NCBI GenBank assembly: GCA_009922615.1
Contig: RFVF01000006.1
Location: 34,609 to 98,608 of the forward strand
Origin: Pseudomonadota bacterium
Lineage (GTDB): Bacteria; Verrucomicrobiota; Verrucomicrobiia; Limisphaerales; SXTU01
Direction of reading: 5' to 3'
Length of the DNA: 64,000 bases
Below the pieces are notes generated by a model. That model did no database searches. It worked only from the letters and a program-made list of their open reading frames with translations, and was not told the origin of the DNA. Positions 1 to 9,054 of the stretch are shown piece after piece (position 1 is the first letter of the stretch; every line of letters starts with the position of its first letter). The translations under genes and the position numbers were made by a program.

Positions 1-379
1 CCTGTGCTTCGGGAACTACAAGGGCCGCGCCGTCGGACCGCGCCGCTACGCGCCGATGTTCCCGGCATTTCTCGACCTGCACGTGGACGAAATCCACGTC
101 GAGATGGCGAGCCGTGAGTTTGCGGAGCTGGAAGTCATCGGGGAGATTGCGAAGCGTCACATCGCCGCCGTGGGCATCGTGGACGTGAAGAGCTACTACA
201 TCGAGACGCCGGAGGACATCGCCGCGCGCGTTCGGGCCTGCCTGAAGCACGCTCCGCCGGAGAAGCTCGCCTTCGCCCCTGACTGCGGCCTCTCGCAGAC
301 GGCGCGCTGGGCGGCGAAGCAGAAGTTGGCGAACATGGTCGCCGGTGTGCGGCGCGTGCGCGAGGAATTCGGCGGTTGA
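1..379 (+). CDS. C-terminal fragment of a cobalamin-independent methionine synthase (MetE C-terminal domain) family protein; the 5' end lies outside the window
   Basis: The frame is open from position 2 (LCFGNYKGRAVGP...) to the stop at 377-379. LCFGN and PDCGLSQT motifs resemble the Zn-ligand regions of the MetE C-terminal fold. The gene is convergent with the next gene. Confidence 0.65.
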   Translation, partial: LCFGNYKGRAVGPRRYAPMFPAFLDLHVDEIHVEMASREFAELEVIGEIAKRHIAAVGIVDVKSYYIETPEDIAARVRACLKHAPPEKLAFAPDCGLSQTARWAAKQKLANMVAGVRRVREEFGG

Positions 380-1252
380 CTATTTGCCATCGAGGCCGCG
401 CAGGTAGGCGAAGATGAGGTCGGGGAGATCGTTGCTGTAGCCGCCTTCGAGCACGCTGACGATGGGCACGCCGAGGGCGCGGAAGGATTGACCGAGCCAG
501 TGGTAATCCTCGGCTTCGAGTGTCTCCTGCGCGAGCGGGTCGCGGGCGTAGGCGTCGAAGCCGGCGCTCACCACGACGACATCGGGCCTCTGTGCCTTGA
601 GCGCATCGAGGGCGCGGACGAGCACCTTTCGGTATTCCTCGCGCGGTGTGCGCGGGGCGACTGGGTAGTTGAAGCAGTTGTCGCCGACGTTCTGCGTGCC
701 GGTGCCGGGATAGCACGGGTGTTGATGGATGGAGTGAAAGAACGCGCCGGGTTTGCCGAGGAGGATGGCCTCGGTGCCGTTGCCGTGGTGGACATCGAAG
801 TCATAGACGGCGGCACGCTTCGCCCCGGTCGCGAGGGCTTCGAGGACGGTGATTGCAACTTGGTTCAAGTAGCAGAAACCCATCGCGCGCGTGCTGGTGG
901 CGTGGTGGCCGGGCGGGCGCAGCAGGCTGAAGGGGTGTCCGCCTCTGCGCGCGAGTTCAAGGGCGCGGAGTCCACCGCCGATGGAGCGCAACGCGTGGTC
1001 GTGAATGCCGGCGTGAGCCGGTGTGTCGCCGTCGAAATCACCGCCGGCGGCCTTGATGCGGGCGAGATGTTCCTTGGTGTGGGCGCGGAGGATGACGGCT
1101 TCGGGCACCTCGGCGGGCGCGTGCCATTCGAGTTTGAGGTCGGACTGCTCACGGAGCTTGGCGAGTGTGCGCGTGATGCGCTGGGGCCGTTCGGGATGGC
1201 CGGGAGAATGGTAGTTGACGCAACGTTCGTCGGTGATGAGGTGCAACGGCAT
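380..1252 (-). CDS. Histone deacetylase / acetoin utilization (AcuC-like) family deacetylase
   Basis: Motifs HPERPQRI, RPPGHHA, DFDVHHGNGT and GGY near the C-terminus. I prefer the ATG at 1252 (MPLHLITDE) over the TTG at 1318 used by the ORF track. Confidence 0.85.
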   Translation of the reverse strand: MPLHLITDERCVNYHSPGHPERPQRITRTLAKLREQSDLKLEWHAPAEVPEAVILRAHTKEHLARIKAAGGDFDGDTPAHAGIHDHALRSIGGGLRALELARRGGHPFSLLRPPGHHATSTRAMGFCYLNQVAITVLEALATGAKRAAVYDFDVHHGNGTEAILLGKPGAFFHSIHQHPCYPGTGTQNVGDNCFNYPVAPRTPREEYRKVLVRALDALKAQRPDVVVVSAGFDAYARDPLAQETLEAEDYHWLGQSFRALGVPIVSVLEGGYSNDLPDLIFAYLRGLDGK

Positions 1253-1311
1253 GGTTGGGAGATACGGCAGGCGGGGTCGATTGGCAATCGGCGGATTGGC
1301 CAGAAATGTTT

Positions 1312-1340
1312 TTGACAAAGGGCCAGCCCATTCCTACCGT
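1312..1340 (+). promoter_or_regulatory. Candidate sigma70-type promoter for tRNA-Ala
   Basis: Perfect TTGACA at 1312-1317, a 17-nt spacer, then TACCGT (T1, A2, T6 conserved) at 1335-1340, about 22 nt before the tRNA 5' end. Pattern match only. Confidence 0.3.
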
Positions 1341-1362
1341 GCGCCCCGCACTGAGACTGGTC

Positions 1363-1438
1363 GGGGTCGTAGCTCAGTTGGTAGAGCACCACAATGGCAT
1401 TGTGGGGGTCGTAGGTTCGAATCCTATCGGCTCCACCA
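1363..1438 (+). tRNA. tRNA-Ala (anticodon GGC), CCA encoded
   Basis: Cloverleaf read by hand. Acceptor GGGGTCG/CGGCTCC carries the G3:U70 alanine identity pair. D arm GCTC-AGTTGGTA-GAGC. Anticodon stem CCACA/TGTGG with loop AT-GGC-AT. T arm GTAGG-TTCGAAT-CCTAT. Discriminator A plus CCA. Confidence 0.95.
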
Positions 1439-1530
1439 AATTTTCAGTGCGAGAGAGCGAGGGTTTTCAATTTTCGGATGGCTTTGTCTTTCCTTCACTC
1501 TTGGTTCCTCCCCGTTCACAGTGCGCCGAT

Positions 1531-2286
1531 ATGAGTGGATCAGTGCGCCGTGGGACGCAAGCCTTCCGGACGTTGGGGTGGCTGGCCGTCGGGCTGGTCT
1601 GCCTGGGGAGCTTGGCGTGTGATCGCACCAAACAGGCACCACCTGCGGTGCAACCGACGAATGCGCCCGTGCCCTTGACGGTGGTCGCGCCGCCGCCGGC
1701 CCCTACGAATTCCGCGCCACTCGCCAAAATGCCGGAGCGCACGCCGGAGGAATTGTTTCGTGCGGGGCTGAAGTTGTGGGAGGGCAAGGGCGCGAAGAAA
1801 GACCCGGCGGAGGCGGCCAAGTTGTTCGCCAAGGCGGCGGAGCAGGGGCACGCGGAGGCGCAGGCTTATCTCGCCGGAGCGTATCGCACTGGCAGCGGAG
1901 TGGCCAACGATGCGGCGGAGGCGGCGCGTTGGTTCCTGGCCGCTGCCGAGCAATGCGACGCGCGTTCTCAAGGTGTGCTGGCTTCGATGTATGGCACTGG
2001 CGAGGGCGTGGCCAAAGATCCGGCCGCCGCGGTGAAGTGGTATCGTCGCGCGGCCGAGCAGGGGTTGGTGCGCGCGCAGGGAAACTTGGGCGCGATGCTG
2101 TTCCTCGGTCAGGGTGTGGCGAAAGATCCCGTGGAAGCCTACAAATGGCTGCATCTCGCCGCGCAAAAGGGCGATCCGGAAGCGGTGAAGAACCGCGGGC
2201 TCGTGGCGCAGAAACTTTCCGCCGCGCAGATGATCGAAGGACGCAAACGGGCGGCGGAATTTGTGCCGGTGAAACCAGGGAAGTGA
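1531..2286 (+). CDS. Sel1-like (TPR-family) repeat lipoprotein
   Basis: The internal ATG at 1531 gives a signal peptide with lipobox LGSLAC. Repeated Sel1 units follow (AAKLFAKAAEQGHAEAQAYLAGAYRTGSGVANDAAEAARWF... several times). The ORF-track start at 1255 would read through the tRNA gene. Confidence 0.8.
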   Translation: MSGSVRRGTQAFRTLGWLAVGLVCLGSLACDRTKQAPPAVQPTNAPVPLTVVAPPPAPTNSAPLAKMPERTPEELFRAGLKLWEGKGAKKDPAEAAKLFAKAAEQGHAEAQAYLAGAYRTGSGVANDAAEAARWFLAAAEQCDARSQGVLASMYGTGEGVAKDPAAAVKWYRRAAEQGLVRAQGNLGAMLFLGQGVAKDPVEAYKWLHLAAQKGDPEAVKNRGLVAQKLSAAQMIEGRKRAAEFVPVKPGK

Positions 2287-2380
2287 TTGGACGAATGATT
2301 TAATGACCGGTGGGGACCGCGTGCCTTGACGCTGTCGGGATGGATGCCATTATCCACGGCGCGATCATCGGTTATCAGCT

Positions 2381-2734
2381 ATGCCAACCTACGAATACGT
2401 TTGCGACAAGTGCGGACACCAGTTCGAGAAGTTCCAATCCATGAAGGACGCGGCCTTGACCACGTGCCTGAAGGAAGTTTGCGGGCAGAAGCGCTGGGGC
2501 AAGGGCAAGGTCCGGCGCATGATGAGTGCCGGGGCCGGGCTGATCTTCAAGGGCAGCGGCTTCTACATTACCGACTACCGCAGCGAGAACTACAAGCAGG
2601 GCGCGAAAAAGGACTCGGCACCCGCCGCCAGTTCCACGGGCGAAAGCAAGGGCAGCGGTGATGCCAAACCTGCTGCTGCGACCCCCGCCAAAACAGAGAG
2701 CAAGCCAGTCAAGGGCAAGTCGGCCGCGACTTGA
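2381..2734 (+). CDS. FmdB-family zinc-ribbon protein (CxxC...CxxC) with a Lys/Ala/Ser-rich tail
   Basis: MPTYEYVCDKCGHQFE...LTTCLKEVCGQ is the classic FmdB/CxxC_CxxC_SSSS N-terminus. The stop overlaps the next start (TGATG). Confidence 0.8.
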   Translation: MPTYEYVCDKCGHQFEKFQSMKDAALTTCLKEVCGQKRWGKGKVRRMMSAGAGLIFKGSGFYITDYRSENYKQGAKKDSAPAASSTGESKGSGDAKPAAATPAKTESKPVKGKSAAT

Positions 2735-4086
2735 TGCGCGTTGTTTTCCTCAATCGTGGTCTTGCGTTGGCCTTTCTGGGCTGCGTGCTGCTGGCCCTCA
2801 CGGACGCTTGGGGGCAGTTGCGGCCGTTGCCCGTAATGCCGGGCGCACGATCCTACGAAAGCCGCTCGCTGCAATTCACTGTGATTGGAGCGATGCCCGG
2901 CACAGCGCTGGGCCCCCCCTCGCAGTCACTTATTCTTACCAACCATGTGCAGATGGACCCCACGCTGCTGGTCATCGTCTGCGAGCGCGTGAAATCCGAG
3001 CTGCTGCAACTGCTCGGCAGCTCCGATCCATGGGCGGGGCGCATTTTGATCACGGTGCAGGGCGACGCCTTGCCTACCGAAGCGGTGAACGTGCAGGCGC
3101 AATGGTCCCCCGGGCGCTGGAACTACCGGCTCGTTGTGCCTGGTCAACTGGAGCGTCCCCAACTCGTCCGTGTGCTGACCCGGGTGTTGCTCTTGGAGAT
3201 CGCCAATCGCGAAAACCCTTCGCAGCGGGTGGCTGAAATCCCGCTCTGGCTGGAGGAGGGGCTGGCCACTCACCTGCTGGCCACCTGTGGCGATGATCTA
3301 GTTCCCGAGATGCGCACAATGATATCTGAGACTCGGCTGACTTATCCCGATGCCTTCGCCGCGACCCGGGAAATTCTCCGTGGTCGGGCGCCAACCTCCT
3401 TGGCGGACCTCACGATGGTGCGAAGCAATGACATGGAACCGGAGGCTTGGGAACGGTTCCGTCGCAGCTCGCAACTGCTCGTCGCCGAATTGTTGAACCT
3501 GCCGGACGGGAAGCCGGCCATGCGGCAGTTCCTGCGGCAGTTGCCGACCTACTTGAACAGCCAGCTCGCGTTCGAGCGAGCCTATGCGGCGGACTTTGCC
3601 ACGCTGCTCGAGGCGGAAAAATGGTGGGCCGTGGTGTGGATGAACTTCGCCTCGCGCGAGCGCCATATGCGGCTCTCGCAGGACCGCAGCCTGGGCCAGC
3701 TCGACGAAATTCTGGCCGCTCCCATCGCCGTGCGGCGCGGCACCAACGCCGTGCCGGGGCGCAAGGACCTGCCGTTGCGCGAGCTCATCGCGAACACTGA
3801 CTTCGCGCAGCATCAGCCCGCCGTGATGCAAGCGGCGGCGCAGTTGCAGCTCCTCCAACACCACACGCCCATCGAGCTGACGCGGCTCATCGGCGACTAT
3901 CGGGAGGCGCTGCTGGTTTATCTCAAACGTCGGACCGGGCTCTCGGCGAAATCCAGCTCGCCCAGTGCTGACGCGAAGCTCGCCACCAAGGACGTCATCG
4001 CCAAGCTCGATCTGCTCGACGTCATCCGCACCGACTTCGAGCGGGTGGATTCGGCCGTGCTGGCCCAGCCTCAGCCGTCCGAGTGA
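2734..4086 (+). CDS. Secreted hypothetical protein, possibly a degenerate MA-clan peptidase-like fold
   Basis: Signal-like N-terminus (MRVVFLNRGLALAFLGCVLLALTDAWG). The region LLEIANR...WLEEGLATHL resembles HExxH...EGLA peptidase cores but lacks the His ligands. It is translationally coupled to the FmdB-like gene. Confidence 0.55.
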   Translation: MRVVFLNRGLALAFLGCVLLALTDAWGQLRPLPVMPGARSYESRSLQFTVIGAMPGTALGPPSQSLILTNHVQMDPTLLVIVCERVKSELLQLLGSSDPWAGRILITVQGDALPTEAVNVQAQWSPGRWNYRLVVPGQLERPQLVRVLTRVLLLEIANRENPSQRVAEIPLWLEEGLATHLLATCGDDLVPEMRTMISETRLTYPDAFAATREILRGRAPTSLADLTMVRSNDMEPEAWERFRRSSQLLVAELLNLPDGKPAMRQFLRQLPTYLNSQLAFERAYAADFATLLEAEKWWAVVWMNFASRERHMRLSQDRSLGQLDEILAAPIAVRRGTNAVPGRKDLPLRELIANTDFAQHQPAVMQAAAQLQLLQHHTPIELTRLIGDYREALLVYLKRRTGLSAKSSSPSADAKLATKDVIAKLDLLDVIRTDFERVDSAVLAQPQPSE

Positions 4087-4098
4087 GCCGGCGCGTCA

Positions 4099-4104
4099 TA
4101 TAAT
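4099..4104 (+). promoter_or_regulatory. Candidate -10 box (perfect TATAAT) upstream of the dehydratase gene
   Basis: A TATAAT hexamer in a GC-rich background, 21 nt before the GTG start at 4125. No convincing -35 element. Confidence 0.25.
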
Positions 4105-4124
4105 TTTCCAATCGCATTATCCTC

Positions 4125-5069
4125 GTGTCACCCACTCTTGCCGACATTCGCGCCGCTGCCCACCGCATCGCCCCCACCGCCGCACGCACTCCGGTCCAAA
4201 CCTCGCACAGTCTGGACGCTCTCTCGGGAGCGTCGATTTTCTGCAAGTGTGAGAACTTCCAGAAGGGCGGAGCCTACAAGTTTCGCGGTGCCCTCAATGC
4301 TGTGCGCCAGTTGACGAACGAGCAGGCCCGTTGTGGCGTGGTCACGCACTCCTCGGGCAATCACGCCACCTGCCTCGCGCTTGCTGCCCGGGAGCGTGGC
4401 ATTCCGGCCTACATCGTGGTGCCGCGCAACGCCCCGCAGATCAAGCAGCGTGCCATTGCGGCCTTCGGTGGACGTCTCACGCTCTGTGAATCCAACCTCA
4501 CCGCCCGCACCGCGGAGGCCGAGCGCATCCAGCGCGAGACGGGTGCGACTTTCATTCACCCCTACGACAACCCTTCGGTCATCGCCGGCCAGGCCACGCT
4601 GGCATTGGAAATGTTTGAGCAAGTCCCGCAGTTGGAAGTGCTCGTGGCTCCCGTCAGCGGTGGCGGTTTGTTGAGCGGCCTTTGCCTCGCGGCCCATGGG
4701 CTGGCTCCGAACACCGAAGTCTGGGGGGCCGAGCCCGCGCTGGCCGACGACGCATTTCGTTCGCTGCGCGAGGGCAAGCTCCTAGCCAATCACGATACTT
4801 CGACCGTAGCCGACGGCCTCCGCGCCTCGCTCAGTGAACGCACGTTCGGCATCATCCGCCAGCACGTGCGCGGTATCGTGACGGTCTCCGAGGATCAGAT
4901 CATCGCAACGATGCGGCTGGTGTGGGAGCGGATGAAGCTGGTGGTTGAACCCTCCGGCGTGGTCTCACTGGCGGCGGTGTTGGCTGCACCGGAGAAATTC
5001 CGGGGCCGCCGGGTGGGCGTGATCCTCACGGGGGGCAACGTGGATTTGGATCGGTTGCCCTGGCAGTGA
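4125..5069 (+). CDS. PLP-dependent serine/threonine dehydratase (serine racemase / threo-3-hydroxyaspartate ammonia-lyase-like)
   Basis: PLP-lysine motif FQKGGAYKFRGA, HSSGNHA, and the glycine loop VSGGGLLSG. Length 314 aa. Confidence 0.85.
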   Translation: MSPTLADIRAAAHRIAPTAARTPVQTSHSLDALSGASIFCKCENFQKGGAYKFRGALNAVRQLTNEQARCGVVTHSSGNHATCLALAARERGIPAYIVVPRNAPQIKQRAIAAFGGRLTLCESNLTARTAEAERIQRETGATFIHPYDNPSVIAGQATLALEMFEQVPQLEVLVAPVSGGGLLSGLCLAAHGLAPNTEVWGAEPALADDAFRSLREGKLLANHDTSTVADGLRASLSERTFGIIRQHVRGIVTVSEDQIIATMRLVWERMKLVVEPSGVVSLAAVLAAPEKFRGRRVGVILTGGNVDLDRLPWQ

Positions 5070-5098
5070 CTTCGGCCGGAGGCGCGATGCGCGCCATC

Positions 5099-5830
5099 TC
5101 ATTTCAGCGCGGCCCAGACGCGGTGCACATCGTCGTGCTCGTCCAAGTCATGGAGAAACTCTCCGACCTCGGCGCGTTGCGCGTCGGTAAGTTCAGGGAA
5201 GCTCTTGGGCACGTAGCCCATTTCGCTGGTGACCACGGTCCAGCCGTTTTTTGACAACCATTGCGAGACGGAGTGGATCGCGGTGCGGTCCGTGATGAAG
5301 CGGGCACCCGTGACATCTGCGGGGATGTCGTCATTCTGCACGGAGTCAAGTGGCTCGACTTCATTTGCCCCGGCCTCAATGGCGGCTGCCTCGATGTCAG
5401 TGTCGGCGGCGGGATGGTGGGCCTCCACCAGACCGACATGGTCGAAGAGGAACTTGTTACTGCCGGTGGTTCCGAGCTGGCCCTTCTTGAACAGCACGCG
5501 GATGTCCGGTGCGGTGCGGTTCACGTTCTCCGTCATGCATTCGACGATGACGGGCACTTTGTAGGGCGCGTAGCCCTCAAAGACGACGTGCTCCATGATG
5601 AGCTTGTCGTCGCCGGTGCCCGAGCCTTTCTTGATGGCGCGCTCGATCACGTCCCGGCTGACGCTCTCCTTGCGGGCCTTCTCGACGGCAGTGAAGAGGC
5701 GTGCGTTGCCGGCGGGATCCGCGCCGCCCATCTTGGCGGCGACCATGATTTCGCGGACGAGTTTGGCGTTCGTCTTGCCCTTCTTCAGGTTGTTGACGAG
5801 GCGTTTGGCGTGTAACCACTGGCGACCCAT
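5099..5830 (-). CDS. yebC: YebC/PmpR family DNA-binding regulator / translation-associated protein
   Basis: MGRQWLHAKRLVNNLKKGKTNAKLVREIMVAAKMGGADPAGNARL matches the YebC N-terminus. I prefer the ATG at 5830 over the TTG at 5872. Confidence 0.9.
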   Translation of the reverse strand: MGRQWLHAKRLVNNLKKGKTNAKLVREIMVAAKMGGADPAGNARLFTAVEKARKESVSRDVIERAIKKGSGTGDDKLIMEHVVFEGYAPYKVPVIVECMTENVNRTAPDIRVLFKKGQLGTTGSNKFLFDHVGLVEAHHPAADTDIEAAAIEAGANEVEPLDSVQNDDIPADVTGARFITDRTAIHSVSQWLSKNGWTVVTSEMGYVPKSFPELTDAQRAEVGEFLHDLDEHDDVHRVWAALK

Positions 5831-5862
5831 GCGCGGAGAGTAACGAGGGCAGGGAGGCGGTT

Positions 5863-5883
5863 CAAAGTGCAAAGTGCAATGTC
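5863..5883. repeat. Tandem heptamer (CAAAGTG x2 plus a degenerate unit) upstream of yebC
   Basis: The sequence caaagtg caaagtg caatgtc was read directly. It shares the 15-mer TTCAAAGTGCAAAGT with 16408-16422 on the opposite strand. Confidence 0.7.
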
Positions 5884-5927
5884 ATTGCCACACGAAGCCG
5901 ACTTTGAGCCGGAAACCTTGAACCCGG

Positions 5928-6734
5928 CTACAGCCCGCTGAACTGGCGCAGATACTTGACCGTCACGCGCAGATCCTTCGGCCATTCGGCGGTGATGGTG
6001 GTCAATTCGCCGGTCGCCGGGTGCTTGATTTCCAAGCGCTCCGCGTGCAGCGCCACGCGGCCCATGAGGGGCCGTTCCGGTTCGTTGAACTTGGGCCGGT
6101 AGCTGGACTTGAGCTGCGAGAGGAAAAGCGGTTTGCCCATGTAGGCTTCGTCGCCGACGATGTGCAGGCCGACGGAGCGCAGGTGGACGCGGATCTGGTG
6201 CGTGCGGCCGGTGAGCGGGTGGCAGTGCAAAAGGGTGAAGCCCCGAAACTGTTCGAGCACCCGAAAGTCGGTGATGGATTTCTTTCCGCCCTGCGGATCA
6301 ATTCGCATCAAGCCGAGCTGGCGTGTTTGCGGTCCGATCTTCGCATCCACCGTGAACACGGGCTCCGCAGGCATCCCCCGCGTGAGCGCGACGTAGGTTT
6401 TGAGCGGCTTGTTCGAGCCGAACTCGTTGGCCAGAGCGACGAGCGCGGGCTTGGTCTTGGCGAGAAGGAGCACGCCGCTGGTTTCGAAGTCCAGCCGGTG
6501 CGCGTTAGCGAGGTAGGTGAGGTTGCGCGATTTGGCCCAGGCGGCTCCCGCCGCGACGCCGTCGTGCAACAGGCGCATCAGGTTGGGGCGCTCGGGGTCG
6601 TAACGGTCCGGCGATGTCAGCAAGCCAGCGGGCTTGGCGATGGCGAAGAGCTGCTCGTCCTCGTGCAGGACGGGGATTTCCCAAAACTCGCGGGTGGCGG
6701 GGACGGAGAGCTTGATGGCGGCGCCGACGGGCAT
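5928..6734 (-). CDS. RluA-family pseudouridine synthase
   Basis: Catalytic motif HRLDFETSGVLLLAK. The ATG at 6734 sits 2 nt after the stop of the upstream gene (6737-6739). Confidence 0.85.
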   Translation of the reverse strand: MPVGAAIKLSVPATREFWEIPVLHEDEQLFAIAKPAGLLTSPDRYDPERPNLMRLLHDGVAAGAAWAKSRNLTYLANAHRLDFETSGVLLLAKTKPALVALANEFGSNKPLKTYVALTRGMPAEPVFTVDAKIGPQTRQLGLMRIDPQGGKKSITDFRVLEQFRGFTLLHCHPLTGRTHQIRVHLRSVGLHIVGDEAYMGKPLFLSQLKSSYRPKFNEPERPLMGRVALHAERLEIKHPATGELTTITAEWPKDLRVTVKYLRQFSGL

Positions 6735-6736
6735 GG

Positions 6737-8419
6737 CTACTCGCCGATGCTGCCGCGGGCCTGCTGCTTGAGCGTGCCCATCACGCCGGAGCGCTCGACC
6801 TCGCGACCGAGCCACTCGCGGAAGGCGTAGTTGGCGCGGTTCTCACGCAGGGATTCCGCGTATTTCGCAAGCTCGGCCTTGACCTGCTCCTCGGCGACGG
6901 GCTGGAAGCCTTTTACGTAAATCACAAAGCCACCGCTGCTGGTCGATTGGAATTTGCTGACTTTGCCGGCCGTAAGGGCAAAGGCCTGGTCACGAAACTC
7001 ATCCACGCTCAGGCCGCGGTCCTCGATGATGTCGAGCTTGCGGGCGGCCCGGTTGAAGGGCGGCATTTCGAGCGCGACGTGGCCGAGTTCCTTCGCCGCG
7101 TCTTTGAAGGTTTTTCCCTTCGCCAGCGCCTCGGTGGCGGCCTGCACGAGTTTGGTGCCTTCCTGCAACGTGAGTTCGGTGGCTTGGTTTTTCCGGTAGT
7201 CCTCGGTGACTTTGGCCTTCACCTGCGCGAACGGCGGGTCCACCGGGGCGAGGCGTTCTTTGAAGGCGATCAGATACACGCCATCGATGCCCTCGAGCAT
7301 CTGACCCAGCGCCTCTTCTTTGGAGAGGGCGAAGGCGGTGCGACCGAAGTTGGCCGGCGCATTCGTGAGCTTGGGTCCTTCAAACTCGGTGAACGGCTCG
7401 GTGGCGCTGACTTTCAGGCCTTTTTGCACGGCTACCCGGAACAGGCTTTCGGCCTGGTTGGGCAGCTTGAAAACTTCGTTGGCAAACTCGCCGGCCTTTT
7501 GCTGGCCGAGCCGTGCGGCGGCCTCGTCGCGGAACTCGGTGCGAATCTGTTCTTTCACCTGCTCGAACGGTTTCGCCGTGCCGTTGGTGTCGCGGAAGCG
7601 GAAGGTGTTCGTCTTGAAATAGGCCTCCATGAGGCTCGCGAGGTTGGTGTTCGCGCTGAGGGTTTTGTCTGCCTCGGCATTGTAGTTCGTGTAGGGGAAG
7701 TAAACGTAGTGGACCGACACACGCTCGGGGATGCGGTAGGTGGTGAGGTTGTTCGTGTGGTAGGCGCGCAAAGCGGCCTCGTCCACCTTTACCTTCGCGA
7801 GGTTGTTCGAGTTGGCAAAGAAGACGAACTCGGTCAACGCCTGCTCGTTCTCACGGCGGAAGAAACCATCCGCCGCGCGATCCGTGATGAGCTTGCCCGA
7901 GAGGCCGAAGGTGCGGGCCAGTTGCTGGCGCCCCAGCTCGTTTTTCAGGAAGCGTTCAAAGCTCGCCTCCGAAACTCCGGCGGAGGCGAAGTGCTGTTTC
8001 AGCATCGTGTCGTAACGTTGGAGGCTGAACGCGCCGGATTGTGGGTCGGTGAAGATGTTTTTGATTTCCTGCGCCACCGCTGCGTCCCCCGCATCGATGC
8101 CGTGCTGCTTGAGCTGATAATTCAACAACAGCCGCTGCCGTGCCTCGGCGTCCAGATTGAAGCCGAACATCCGCGCCCGTTCGTCGCGGTCCGGCCATTG
8201 CCCGGTGCTCAGGAAGTAGCCGAGTCGCGCATCCGAGTAGGCCTGCACGAGGTCATCCCGCTTGATCGGCTCGCCATAGATCGTCCCGTAACTGGCCTCA
8301 CCCCGCGAGCGCCCCAGCTTGTTGGCGTCCGGCGTGAAGAAGATCACGAAGGAGATGATCACCACCGTGATGATGATGGCCCAGAGCCACTGCGAGTGTT
8401 TGCGAATCGTTCCAATCAT
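6737..8419 (-). CDS. PpiD-like periplasmic chaperone / peptidyl-prolyl isomerase (SurA N-terminal domain family)
   Basis: N-terminal anchor MIGTIRKHSQWLWAIIITVVIISFVIFF is typical of PpiD. It is a long, mostly helical chaperone-like body of 560 aa. Confidence 0.75.
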   Translation of the reverse strand: MIGTIRKHSQWLWAIIITVVIISFVIFFTPDANKLGRSRGEASYGTIYGEPIKRDDLVQAYSDARLGYFLSTGQWPDRDERARMFGFNLDAEARQRLLLNYQLKQHGIDAGDAAVAQEIKNIFTDPQSGAFSLQRYDTMLKQHFASAGVSEASFERFLKNELGRQQLARTFGLSGKLITDRAADGFFRRENEQALTEFVFFANSNNLAKVKVDEAALRAYHTNNLTTYRIPERVSVHYVYFPYTNYNAEADKTLSANTNLASLMEAYFKTNTFRFRDTNGTAKPFEQVKEQIRTEFRDEAAARLGQQKAGEFANEVFKLPNQAESLFRVAVQKGLKVSATEPFTEFEGPKLTNAPANFGRTAFALSKEEALGQMLEGIDGVYLIAFKERLAPVDPPFAQVKAKVTEDYRKNQATELTLQEGTKLVQAATEALAKGKTFKDAAKELGHVALEMPPFNRAARKLDIIEDRGLSVDEFRDQAFALTAGKVSKFQSTSSGGFVIYVKGFQPVAEEQVKAELAKYAESLRENRANYAFREWLGREVERSGVMGTLKQQARGSIGE

Positions 8420-8555
8420 ATTAAGGCCGAAAAATCAGGGGGGAAACCTAGCCGCCTGTTTACCAGCCGGTCAAACTCTAAAGCAGTCGGCCGCAATTCA
8501 TATCCGCAATCTCTGCGCTTGTGCCGGCCCCGCTGGCTGCATAGTTTCACGCGCG

Positions 8556-8954
8556 ATGCCGACCATCATGCTGGCTGAAGACGAGCCGCAAACCGCCCAA
8601 TTGATCCAGTTCAAGCTCAAGCAGGCGGGCTTTGCAGTCGTGCATGCCACCGACGGCGAGCAAGCCCTCACCCTCGTCGCGGCCGCCCGTCCGGACTTGA
8701 TCATTCTCGATGGCCTGATGCCGGTCTTCGACGGCTTCGAAGTCTTGCGCCGGATCAAGGAAGACCCGCGTCACCGGCACATCCCGGTCATCATGCTCAC
8801 TGCCCGCAGCCGGGACAAAGACGTCGTCTCCGGCCTCGAACTCGGGGCGGCGGACTACATGGTCAAGCCCTTCAGTCCCTCCGAGTTGCTCGCTCGCGTC
8901 CGCAAGGTGCTCGGCCCGGCGGCAGAGCCCAAGGTCGGCGAGGCCGCCCGCTGA
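8556..8954 (+). CDS. Stand-alone response regulator receiver protein
   Basis: MPTIMLAEDEP...DLIILDGLMPVFDGFEVLRRIK...PVIMLTA...DYMVKPF. The acidic pocket, phospho-acceptor Asp, and Thr/Lys positions are present. There is no output domain. Confidence 0.85.
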   Translation: MPTIMLAEDEPQTAQLIQFKLKQAGFAVVHATDGEQALTLVAAARPDLIILDGLMPVFDGFEVLRRIKEDPRHRHIPVIMLTARSRDKDVVSGLELGAADYMVKPFSPSELLARVRKVLGPAAEPKVGEAAR

Positions 8955-8970
8955 GTGGGGCTGGGAAGCA

Positions 8971-9046
8971 AGATCAGGATTAGGATTACGAGCAAGCTGC
9001 AGAACCGTCTTGGCCGTTCTTGCTCTTAATCCTAATCTTAATTCTG
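8971..9046. repeat. Long imperfect hairpin built from hexamer repeats (AGGATT x2 / TAATCY x3)
   Basis: gattaggattaCgagcaag (left) pairs with cttgctcTtaatcctaatc (right) across a loop of about 22 nt. It lies between the receiver gene stop and the amidohydrolase start. Confidence 0.6.
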
Positions 9047-9054
9047 TTCCGCCC

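Noticed and set aside
1255-2286. Full-length 343-aa ORF as given in the track
   Set aside because: Its first 90 codons read straight through the tRNA-Ala gene. The internal ATG at 1531 gives a proper lipoprotein signal followed by Sel1 repeats.
2326-2354. TTGACG-N16-CATTAT as the promoter of the FmdB-like gene, and TTGAGC-N17-CTTAAT at 45355-45383 before tRNA-Tyr
   Set aside because: These are plausible by eye, but the -10 boxes are weak and such matches are expected by chance. They are not reported as features.
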